Source: an uncultured Bacteroidales bacterium (GTDB lineage: Bacteria > Bacteroidota > Bacteroidia > Bacteroidales > UBA932). From it: a stretch of DNA of 64,000 nt. The notes beneath the pieces are model-generated. The model did no database searches, was not told the DNA's origin, and saw only the letters and a list, made by a program, of their open reading frames with translations. The position numbers and the translations under genes are program-made. Numbering within the stretch: the first letter of the stretch is position 1; each line of letters begins with the position of its first letter. This document shows, one piece after another, positions 10,186 through 17,454 of the stretch. The DNA lies in assembly GCA_944322715.1 (NCBI GenBank), contig CALUPT010000009.1:56671-120670 (forward strand). The letters run 5' to 3'.

Positions 10186-10212
10186 TTAATGTTGCTTGAG
10201 TTCTATTGTTTT

Positions 10213-10839
10213 TCAAAAATAACGATTAATTCTTGTATCACAAAAATAAACAGAAAAGCCGAGATCGGTAAAGTCAGTCGAAGCCACATATAAATCGAAA
10301 AGGTCACGTCCTTTCTTACGTTGGTACAAGGCACGGAACTTCGTTCCCAAAAGTTCGTTCAGCTGATATGTCGTTATTTCGCACCTACCGGAAAACCAAG
10401 TGTTTTCCATTTCAAACGGGATTTTCACCAACCCTAACTCATTAAAATGCTCGAAGCAGTTTATCTCTATCTTCAGTCTCAATGGAACGGTAGGAGGAAT
10501 TTCCGATTCCATGCGGAACAACATTGTATTGTTATAGCGTTTTTGTTTCGTTACCCGCTCCGGCATAAAGGCCAAGACCTCGCCAAGTCGGAACAGAATC
10601 GGTTTGATTGGTCCTGGATTGATTTGCACCAAGTCTATATCCTCACTGTATCTCGGTTGGGGGGAAAGGTATAGTTTATGAAGGGCAGTACCTCCGCGAA
10701 AAGCAAGTTGAGAGGCAAGAAACTCATCGCTGAAAATAGCGACCAATGCACGTGAAATAACCAGGTCTTGTTCCACCTGTGCATTGTCGCTCCAAGGAAC
10801 TTGCCTGTTCCATTGGGCTATGGACGCTCTGTTTATCAT
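10213..10839 (-). CDS. nucleotidyltransferase AbiEii/AbiGii toxin family protein, probably 3'-truncated
   Basis: IAQWN...VEQDLVISRALVAIF...LAFRGGTALHKLYL...RYSEDIDLV is the AbiEii NTase motif. Only 208 aa. The last ~24 codons are AT-rich junction sequence. Confidence 0.75.
   Translation of the reverse strand: MINRASIAQWNRQVPWSDNAQVEQDLVISRALVAIFSDEFLASQLAFRGGTALHKLYLSPQPRYSEDIDLVQINPGPIKPILFRLGEVLAFMPERVTKQKRYNNTMLFRMESEIPPTVPLRLKIEINCFEHFNELGLVKIPFEMENTWFSGRCEITTYQLNELLGTKFRALYQRKKGRDLFDLYVASTDFTDLGFSVYFCDTRINRYF
10214..10248 (-). promoter_or_regulatory. two TATTTTTG -7 boxes upstream of the 9394-10185 gene
   Basis: The + strand has CAAAAATA at 10214-10221 and 10241-10248 (minus strand TATTTTTG). 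The proximal box is ~29 nt from the ATG at 10185. Both lie inside the AT-rich tail of the abiEii ORF. Confidence 0.4.
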
Positions 10840-11639
10840 ATTTCGTCAATTTCTATATTTAGATTTACATTTATTTTCCAACGGCTGTTTTTGCCAGCAG
10901 AATTACCCGTATGGCGGGTACTTAACGGGACATACCGGAATCGCTTGGAATAGGTTGTCAATTCCTTATAAAGTATATCGGCAACTTCCTGCTGCTGTAA
11001 TACTTCCTCCAATATATACCCCAAACGTTGTATGGTAGCAAGCGTAGTATAATTGAAAAGCGATTGCGCCGCATTTGTGAATTCTGTTTGCTCCGATAAT
11101 TCTTCCAGAACAGTCGCAACACGGGAGAGTCCTCCGACATATTGTTCATATTGTACGAGGTCGAGAGCCGTCAATTCGGCATTGGAGTAACGGATAATCC
11201 CGGTTTCCGAATTTTTCGTCAGCAGGAAACCAGCCGGTATCTCCTTACGATATGACCATGACAACAGGTTGTTCTTTGCAACGGACACCGAAGCCTTCGG
11301 AAATATAGTAGTTACTGAAAACTTCTGCGGTCGTTGATGCGCTGCGCCCAATAGTTCTGCCGCACTGAGCAGACTTATATAGTAGGGCTTATTCAGACAA
11401 CTCATCAGTTGGTCTATATAATAAAGAGGCGGGACTGTTCCCTTTGCTGCATATTGAGGTGGAATAACCACATAAAAGCCACGATATACCGGCACGATGA
11501 TTTTTTGTGCCGATAGACGGAACAATTCGTTTTTGACGACCTGTTCCGAGAAATCAGGAAACCTCTTCCGCACATCCTCAAAAGCAAAGGTGGGCAGTCC
11601 GTTGATTTCTCTATCCCGTATCCATTCTCTAACTGTCAT
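10836..11639 (-). CDS. type IV toxin-antitoxin system AbiEi family antitoxin
   Basis: 267 aa. N-terminal wHTH-like region (FAFEDVRKRFPDFSEQVVKNELFRLSAQKIIVPVYRGFYVVIP). Overlaps the toxin start by 4 nt. Confidence 0.8.
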   Translation of the reverse strand: MTVREWIRDREINGLPTFAFEDVRKRFPDFSEQVVKNELFRLSAQKIIVPVYRGFYVVIPPQYAAKGTVPPLYYIDQLMSCLNKPYYISLLSAAELLGAAHQRPQKFSVTTIFPKASVSVAKNNLLSWSYRKEIPAGFLLTKNSETGIIRYSNAELTALDLVQYEQYVGGLSRVATVLEELSEQTEFTNAAQSLFNYTTLATIQRLGYILEEVLQQQEVADILYKELTTYSKRFRYVPLSTRHTGNSAGKNSRWKINVNLNIEIDEI

Positions 11640-11652
11640 GTGCGCTGTTTTA

Positions 11653-11687
11653 GTGCAAAGGTAATCAAAATCCGATTACCTTTGCAC
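11653..11687. promoter_or_regulatory. 14-bp-arm perfect inverted repeat overlapping the abiEi -7 box (candidate AbiEi operator)
   Basis: GTGCAAAGGTAATC-aaaatcc-GATTACCTTTGCAC, read directly. The minus-strand TACCTTTG (11656-11663) lies 16 nt upstream of the ATG at 11639. Confidence 0.5.
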
Positions 11688-11763
11688 CATTTTGGCGCAT
11701 TATCTACATTGCAAACTTATTTCTGCTGCAACAGATGCGCCAGTGCCGGGTCAATTCTCTATG

Positions 11764-11779
11764 ATGCTTATCCGCAAAA
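11764..11779. repeat. right member of the 16-bp long-range inverted pair (ATGCTTATCCGCAAAA)
   Basis: Exact reverse complement of 2596-2611. Followed by a degenerate partner, TTTGCAGGA, at 11794-11802. Confidence 0.8.
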
Positions 11780-11875
11780 AAATATCCTTAATGTTTGCAG
11801 GACCGAGACCCGGGAGGGCCTTGCCGAAGGCAAGGGATCGTTTATTTATGGGGGAAAAGACCTCCGCTGCAGGAA

Positions 11876-12817
11876 TTACCGGGAGAGCATACCAGGGATT
11901 GAGCTGATATTGTCCGCAATCATCTGCACAAGGCGCTGGCGGGCTTCGGTGCTTGCCCATCCTATATGGGGCGTGAGTATCAGCCGGTCCAGGTTGCGGA
12001 CATTCATAAGAGGGTTATCAGACGGAAGCGGTTCGGCAGTGAATACATCCACACCTGCACCGGCTATCCGGCCCTCATCGATCACCTTTGCCAGAGCGGC
12101 TTCATCCACTATTCCGCCGCGGCCCATATTGACAATATATGCGGATGGCTTCATCATGCGAAGCTCCGTCTCCCCTATCAGTCCGGCAGTTCTCTGATTG
12201 TAAGGGGCATGGATGGAAATTATGTCGGATTCCGACATGAGGGTGTCGAGACTTACGCTCGGATAGTCTTTGGAATGTGATGTGCCGGATGTCGAGAAAT
12301 AGGATACGGCCATGCCGAATGCTTCCCCGACCATCGCTACCCTGCCGCCGATATTGCCAAGACCTATTATGCCGAGTCTTTTGCCCCGGAGTTCGAAGAA
12401 CATCCTGTCCACATTGGTGAACAGTCCGCTGCAGGAATATTCGCCCGACTTCACAAAGTCATCAAAATACCTGCATTTCCCGACAAGGGAAAGTATCATC
12501 ATGAATGTCATCTGCACTACGGAGTCGGTGGAATACCCGACCGCATTACGGACAGGGATACCCTTTGATGCCGCATACTCCAGATCGATATTGTTGACCC
12601 CGGTAGCCGCCTCGCAGATGAGACGGAGAGATGGGGCTGCATCAATCAGTTCCTTGTCCACAAGTATCTTGTTGATGATCAGAATCTCGGCATCTTTCAC
12701 CCTTTCAAGGGACTCTTCCCTCGATGATGTCTGATAACACTCCAGTTCCCCGAGTGCAGATATCGGGGCAAATGAGACATCTCCCATTGTGGCCGCATCC
12801 AGAAATACGATCTTCAT
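11876..12817 (-). CDS. D-isomer-specific 2-hydroxyacid dehydrogenase (glycerate dehydrogenase-like)
   Basis: 313 aa. GIIGLGNIGGRVA NAD-binding motif and the catalytic-region pattern NMGRGGIVDE...TPHIGWAS. Confidence 0.85.
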   Translation of the reverse strand: MKIVFLDAATMGDVSFAPISALGELECYQTSSREESLERVKDAEILIINKILVDKELIDAAPSLRLICEAATGVNNIDLEYAASKGIPVRNAVGYSTDSVVQMTFMMILSLVGKCRYFDDFVKSGEYSCSGLFTNVDRMFFELRGKRLGIIGLGNIGGRVAMVGEAFGMAVSYFSTSGTSHSKDYPSVSLDTLMSESDIISIHAPYNQRTAGLIGETELRMMKPSAYIVNMGRGGIVDEAALAKVIDEGRIAGAGVDVFTAEPLPSDNPLMNVRNLDRLILTPHIGWASTEARQRLVQMIADNISSIPGMLSR

Positions 12818-12925
12818 CCCTGTCAGTCATTTTGATGCCGCCATGACAGTCCGGACCGGAATGGATTTCCACTTCCAGTCCCGTTTCCATAGCCATGACA
12901 GCATCCTGATAAAACAATCAGTCAC

Positions 12926-12958
12926 AAAAAAGGGGATGACATTTGCTCCGTCATCCCC
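12926..12958 (-). terminator. rho-independent terminator downstream of tRNA-Leu
   Basis: The minus strand reads GGGGATGAC-ggagcaaat-GTCATCCCC followed by TTTTTT. Confidence 0.7.
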
Positions 12959-12961
12959 CGG

Positions 12962-13045
12962 TGCGCAGGATCAGAGTCGAACTGACATGCCATTTCTGGC
13001 ACTACCTCCTGAGAGTAGCGCGTCTACCAATTTCGCCACCTGCGC
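12962..13045 (-). tRNA. tRNA-Leu (anticodon CAG)
   Basis: Hand-folded cloverleaf: acceptor GCGCAGG/CCTGCGC, anticodon stem CTACT/GGTAG with loop CTCAGGA, long variable arm TGCCAGAAATGGCAT, T arm GTCAG-TTCGACT-CTGAT, discriminator A. CCA is not fully encoded. Confidence 0.9.
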
Positions 13046-13059
13046 CTCAAAAGTGACTG

Positions 13060-13067
13060 CAAAGATA
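13060..13067 (-). promoter_or_regulatory. TATCTTTG -7 box upstream of tRNA-Leu
   Basis: The + strand CAAAGATA lies ~15 nt upstream of the mature tRNA 5' end. Matches the Bacteroides TAnnTTTG consensus. Confidence 0.35.
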
Positions 13068-13169
13068 AGAAAGATTTTTCAGATAGCAACTTTTACAATG
13101 AAAATATCTGCAAAATATCTGTCGAAATGTATAAATGCTGAAATTCATCGCAGGGTATCATCCTGAATA

Positions 13170-13976
13170 TCAAATCTCTACATTGATGTCGAATGTCGTT
13201 TCCCAGTCATTGATGACAAGTGTCACATCCGCCTTCGCATAGTCTATCTTGATATCCACATCTTCAAGACTGTCTGTCCCCCAGTCATACCCGCTCTCTA
13301 TGATGTATTCCCCCACGGCGAATTCTCTCAGAACGCCATCTCCATCTGAAATTACAAGTCTCAACGAACTGTCCACCTGTCTCGGAATCCTCACGCTGCA
13401 GCAGCCTTTTTCATCAATTCCGGGCACAACTCTGAAATTTCCCGGAACAGGAGCGCCATCCTTTCCATATCCGCATACATTCCCCTCGATGGCAATACTG
13501 AAATCCGCAGGTACATCCGCCACCATTTCGACAGACAGCACGCAGTAATTCTTGTACAGTACAACAGGTACCGTGACCGTTTCCGCAGCAGTATCCACAT
13601 ACGCGGAAAACATGTTTACGGGCGGGCACTCTTCTCCGTCAGGTATGTGCAGCCCCGCCCAGTCCGAAACCAGCATACCGGACAGGTCATCATACCCTGA
13701 CTCGACGGAACAGACATTGACCCATATACCATTTTTCGGCACTTCAACACGGTACGGCTCCCCATACCTTCCATTGTCGAGGACATATCTGTGAAGAAAG
13801 CCGTCCGCAGACAGAAGACTCAGAAAAGAAGAATCCGACCTGTCTGTATCTACCCTGCTGAAATCAAGCATCAAGACACAGGGACACCCGCTCCTGTCCT
13901 CTTTCACAGAACACCCCATGGATGTGGCAATGACAACTAATCCGAACAACACGACGGACGACAATCTTCCAGACAT
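13170..13976 (-). CDS. FimB/Mfa2 family fimbrial (type V pilus anchor/terminator) lipoprotein
   Basis: Preferred start is MSGRLSSVVLFGLVVIATSMGCS (lipobox), then EDRSGCPCVLMLDF, typical of the Mfa2/FimB N-terminus. Last gene of the operon. Confidence 0.6.
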   Translation of the reverse strand: MSGRLSSVVLFGLVVIATSMGCSVKEDRSGCPCVLMLDFSRVDTDRSDSSFLSLLSADGFLHRYVLDNGRYGEPYRVEVPKNGIWVNVCSVESGYDDLSGMLVSDWAGLHIPDGEECPPVNMFSAYVDTAAETVTVPVVLYKNYCVLSVEMVADVPADFSIAIEGNVCGYGKDGAPVPGNFRVVPGIDEKGCCSVRIPRQVDSSLRLVISDGDGVLREFAVGEYIIESGYDWGTDSLEDVDIKIDYAKADVTLVINDWETTFDINVEI

Positions 13977-13989
13977 GACATTATATGAT

Positions 13990-14979
13990 TTATATTTCAA
14001 CTGACTGTGATATCCCAGGTTCCCAGTCGGAAACGGATATCGTAAACTCCGCATCCTGCGTGGTCACAGGCCAGTCGGCAAACCGGGAACCCAGCCTCGT
14101 GATCCTCAACTCCGATATCTCGTATTTGTGGTTGCTTTCTATCCCTTTGATGGAAATCGGATACCAGTACACCCTGCTGTCCATCTCCATTTCCACGACC
14201 AGCCTCGTATATCTCGGACACCACTCGGTCTCGATGCTGTCAGTCTCGGTAGGGTTAGGATAGCAGTACAGATAATGCGGCTGTTCGTATGAAGTCCCGT
14301 ACTCAATCACCGTATTGATATTAGGATCAATGACAAGATAGTTCATTTCAGCATGATATGTCCTCTGGTTATACCATAATGCCGGTGCTCCCTGCCCATC
14401 ATATCTGACATCAGCCGCCACATTCGCGAGGAATACACTCACCAGCTTGAATTCCTTTTCCCTGTACTGTTCCAGAGCAAGTGCATTGGTAATCTTATGG
14501 ATACTTATCCTCGCCGCAAGACGCTTCACCTCGACTTCTATATCGGTGGCACCCACTACGGTCTCCACTTTTGACCCGTACATGACGAAGTGGCCTTTCA
14601 TGTTTTCATCAAGGCGGGATACGGACTCATCCAGCATCTCCTTGTCTGTTATCCCGGTAATCTGAGGCGCATTCACAACGGCGACTACGCGCTTAAGGCC
14701 CGCCGTACATTTTATGGTCAGGGATGCAGCATCCTCCGTCATTGCCCATGAATCCAGCATTCCATCCTGCCGGAAGACAAAGACCTGCAGAGAGTTCACA
14801 TTGTCTTCTCCCTCGGAGGTGATATACTTTGTCTTTGCTACCGGGACCGAGACATTGATCTCCACCTCCTCACCTTTTCCGGCCACCACCGGCGGCTCAT
14901 TCACTGCAATCTGCTCCTTGCTGCAGGAGACGCTGCACACTGCTGCAATGAAAACTGCAGCGAAAAAACTTCTTTTCAT
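13990..14979 (-). CDS. fimbrillin (FimA/Mfa1-like type V pilin) lipoprotein
   Basis: MKRSFFAAVFIAAVCSVSCS lipoprotein signal. SLQVFVFRQDG...RVVAVVNAP pattern is typical of Bacteroidales fimbrillins. Sits in the expected position between the accessory genes and the Mfa2-like gene. Confidence 0.6.
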   Translation of the reverse strand: MKRSFFAAVFIAAVCSVSCSKEQIAVNEPPVVAGKGEEVEINVSVPVAKTKYITSEGEDNVNSLQVFVFRQDGMLDSWAMTEDAASLTIKCTAGLKRVVAVVNAPQITGITDKEMLDESVSRLDENMKGHFVMYGSKVETVVGATDIEVEVKRLAARISIHKITNALALEQYREKEFKLVSVFLANVAADVRYDGQGAPALWYNQRTYHAEMNYLVIDPNINTVIEYGTSYEQPHYLYCYPNPTETDSIETEWCPRYTRLVVEMEMDSRVYWYPISIKGIESNHKYEISELRITRLGSRFADWPVTTQDAEFTISVSDWEPGISQSVEI

Positions 14980-15010
14980 AAAAAACGCACATTAAATATT
15001 AATACTATGT

Positions 15011-16903
15011 TCATTTCGGCATATTTCCGATGATTTCGGAGAGTTCCGGATCGAGATTCGCCCTGAACACCATCGACGGATCCTGTCCAATGCTCCGGAG
15101 ATATGCCTTTCCGGCATCTTTCAGCCTTCCCATGCGGGAAAGGGCTATGGCCATGAGATACTCTGTCTTTGCCGTCGGAGGAGACACCGCCTCCAAATCC
15201 CTGATAGCCGAATGGTTGTAACCGGCTGAAAGATAGGCAAGAGCGGTATTGTAGTCATGATACGGCCTCAACAATTCCACAGCCTTCTTATAGTCAAGGT
15301 CTTTCAATGCCTGTACTCCCCGAGCATATACCGTGTCTATCACTGTCGTATGGACCGTATCCCTGTCCATCCCCTTCCTGTGGAGGTAAAAATCGAACCT
15401 GACGCTCCGGAGTCTGGGATATATCTTCTCCCGGAGATACCGGTATTCAGGCATGGCGGCAAGAAGCCCGGCTTCCGCAATATCCTTGTCATCATGGTCT
15501 GCCGCCTCAAGTATCCTGTCCTTGGCAGACCGGGACAGAGTGGTATCGCTGTCCACCAGGCGGCGGAACTGATCCCAGTTCTCAGGAATGCATCCTGTCC
15601 GGAGTTTCTTTCTGCTGTCACTGTCGAGCATTGTCCCCACGAAGTCTTTCATGGTCTCGGCCCTGGCAAGAGAGAGTCCGGCATTATAGGCGTATGTCCC
15701 TTCCGGAGAACAGGATGCCGTGACGGTCAGGGAATCAAGTTCGAACTCCGTCCTCGCGACGATCCCTTCCACACATTCCCTGATTCTCGACAGTTCGGCC
15801 ACATTGCCGGGAAGCAGAGAGTCCAGATCCGCCTTGCCCTGCGCAAAGTCTATGAATGCATGGGTGTTGTCATAGACCCTCCTTTCCACCACCTTCATCA
15901 CATACCTTGGCGTCATGTCCGCAAGGGAAGAGAGAGAACTTACATAAAAGACTATGTCTTCCGGACGTTCGACGGTGCATATCGCCTCTCCATCCTCATA
16001 CAGACTGCCATCAAGAGAGACTTCTATCTTCCTCAGCCCGGGTCTGCTGTCCACAAGCTGCACATACCTGTATGTCATGTCGCCATCCGCACCGGCAATG
16101 ACAGTATCGAGCCTCGGTCCTGAAGAGACAAGCGGATCCTTGACGTATTTTCTGAACATGCGGTCCCTGTCCGCCTTGCGTCTTTCGTTCCTGTTGTAGA
16201 GATGATGCCTGGTATAATGCTCCAACGCCTCTTTCCGGCTCACTCCGAAGACATTTTCCGCTACGGGCTCCGGGACGAACGACGAATCGGTCCTCATGGC
16301 GTATGTTTCAGGGAAATGTCTCCGTATGAATATCTCCAGCTGTCCGATCCGGACAAAATCAGAACTGTCGCCTATAATGGACCTAAGGAAACGTTCGTAC
16401 CTCCTGTATCCGCGCATCTGTTCATCCCTGTATTTCTGTCCCGTAATGCATACGGGATCAAGACGCGTACTGTCCCCGAGCATTTTCATGAGCGGAAGCA
16501 GTTCAAGTTTCCAGGAAGATGACAGCAGCCCGGACGGAACCGTTATGTCGAACTCCAGGCTGATCCTGCCGAAGCGTTCCGCCACATTCCTGAAACGGGC
16601 CACTACCCTGGATTCCGCAATGACATCGGTAGCCACCATCTCGCCCGTCTTCTCATCCTTGATTGCATTCATTATCAACGGCCCATCCGACATGTCCCCG
16701 GACAGCGAGTCCACCTTGATTTCCCTCATCATCTTCTCCTTCTCTTTCTCGAAATCCTTATCGGATGGTATGGACAGGTCCGGACGCATCCTGCCGAGCC
16801 TGATCTCCGACAGCCTCCTTTCCGATGCACATGAAACCGCAAGCAGCATAATGAAGGAAAGCCATGCGTACCAGGCCATGCCGTATAGCTTTTCAGAAAA
16901 CAT
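15011..16903 (-). CDS. pilus-locus accessory lipoprotein (DUF3868-like N-terminal part, OmpA-like segment, C-terminal TPR-like part)
   Basis: 630 aa. LLAVSC lipobox. ASCSPEGTYAYNAGLSLARAETMKDF resembles the OmpA-C peptidoglycan-binding motif. Follows a DUF3575 gene, as DUF3868 proteins usually do. Confidence 0.45.
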   Translation of the reverse strand: MFSEKLYGMAWYAWLSFIMLLAVSCASERRLSEIRLGRMRPDLSIPSDKDFEKEKEKMMREIKVDSLSGDMSDGPLIMNAIKDEKTGEMVATDVIAESRVVARFRNVAERFGRISLEFDITVPSGLLSSSWKLELLPLMKMLGDSTRLDPVCITGQKYRDEQMRGYRRYERFLRSIIGDSSDFVRIGQLEIFIRRHFPETYAMRTDSSFVPEPVAENVFGVSRKEALEHYTRHHLYNRNERRKADRDRMFRKYVKDPLVSSGPRLDTVIAGADGDMTYRYVQLVDSRPGLRKIEVSLDGSLYEDGEAICTVERPEDIVFYVSSLSSLADMTPRYVMKVVERRVYDNTHAFIDFAQGKADLDSLLPGNVAELSRIRECVEGIVARTEFELDSLTVTASCSPEGTYAYNAGLSLARAETMKDFVGTMLDSDSRKKLRTGCIPENWDQFRRLVDSDTTLSRSAKDRILEAADHDDKDIAEAGLLAAMPEYRYLREKIYPRLRSVRFDFYLHRKGMDRDTVHTTVIDTVYARGVQALKDLDYKKAVELLRPYHDYNTALAYLSAGYNHSAIRDLEAVSPPTAKTEYLMAIALSRMGRLKDAGKAYLRSIGQDPSMVFRANLDPELSEIIGNMPK

Positions 16904-17447
16904 AAGATATACCTATTATGACATTGTCAGGAAGTATAAAGCCCTTTATCCCCCTGTCGAGCGTCAGTCCGCAGGCCGGGCACGAATACCTCGCGTATTC
17001 CTTCACCCCAGACCAGAAGCCGAGACCGAAATCGAGATTGATACGGGGATGAACCATATAGGTGTATCCTGCCGACAGCCCGGCTCCCCACCTGTCTCCC
17101 TCCTCTGTCTCAGGAGACACTATTCCGCCCATGCTGTATTCCTGATACTGCAATTTCGCCGCTATCCACCACCCGGAATATATATGCCATGGCCAGTACC
17201 TGGTCCCGAGACTATAGGACTGCTGCCTGTTCTGCATCTGCCGCCCGTTTCCGTGGAACGTGAACGGATTGTATCTCGCTCCGGCCGTAAGGCTCCAATG
17301 CCTGTGAGGCGCATACGACACTTCCACATTCATTGTCCCGAAATTGAGATAGCCTGCCATATTGGTCGACACGGAATACTTCTGTCCATGGGCGGTGAAC
17401 GCCAGAAGGCTGAACACGAGTACACCTATATGTTTCATTATATTCAT
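16893..17447 (-). CDS. DUF3575 domain outer-membrane beta-barrel protein
   Basis: 184 aa. Signal peptide, then alternating beta-strand pattern (NMAGYLNFGTMNVEVSYAPHRHWSLTAGARYNPF...). Ends in aromatic ...GISYVF. Confidence 0.65.
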   Translation of the reverse strand: MNIMKHIGVLVFSLLAFTAHGQKYSVSTNMAGYLNFGTMNVEVSYAPHRHWSLTAGARYNPFTFHGNGRQMQNRQQSYSLGTRYWPWHIYSGWWIAAKLQYQEYSMGGIVSPETEEGDRWGAGLSAGYTYMVHPRINLDFGLGFWSGVKEYARYSCPACGLTLDRGIKGFILPDNVIIGISYVF

Positions 17448-17454
17448 GCCCGTA

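Noticed and set aside
11640-12197. 185-aa + strand ORF spanning the abiEi-dehydrogenase intergenic region.
   Set aside because: Most of it is antisense to the well-supported dehydrogenase gene. The remainder covers promoter and repeat DNA.
12962-13045. tRNA-Leu as the integration site for the pilus operon or the AbiE/sugar island.
   Set aside because: I found no duplicated tRNA 3' fragment and no integrase. The pilus operon has host-like composition. The island is separated from the tRNA 3' end by a housekeeping dehydrogenase gene.
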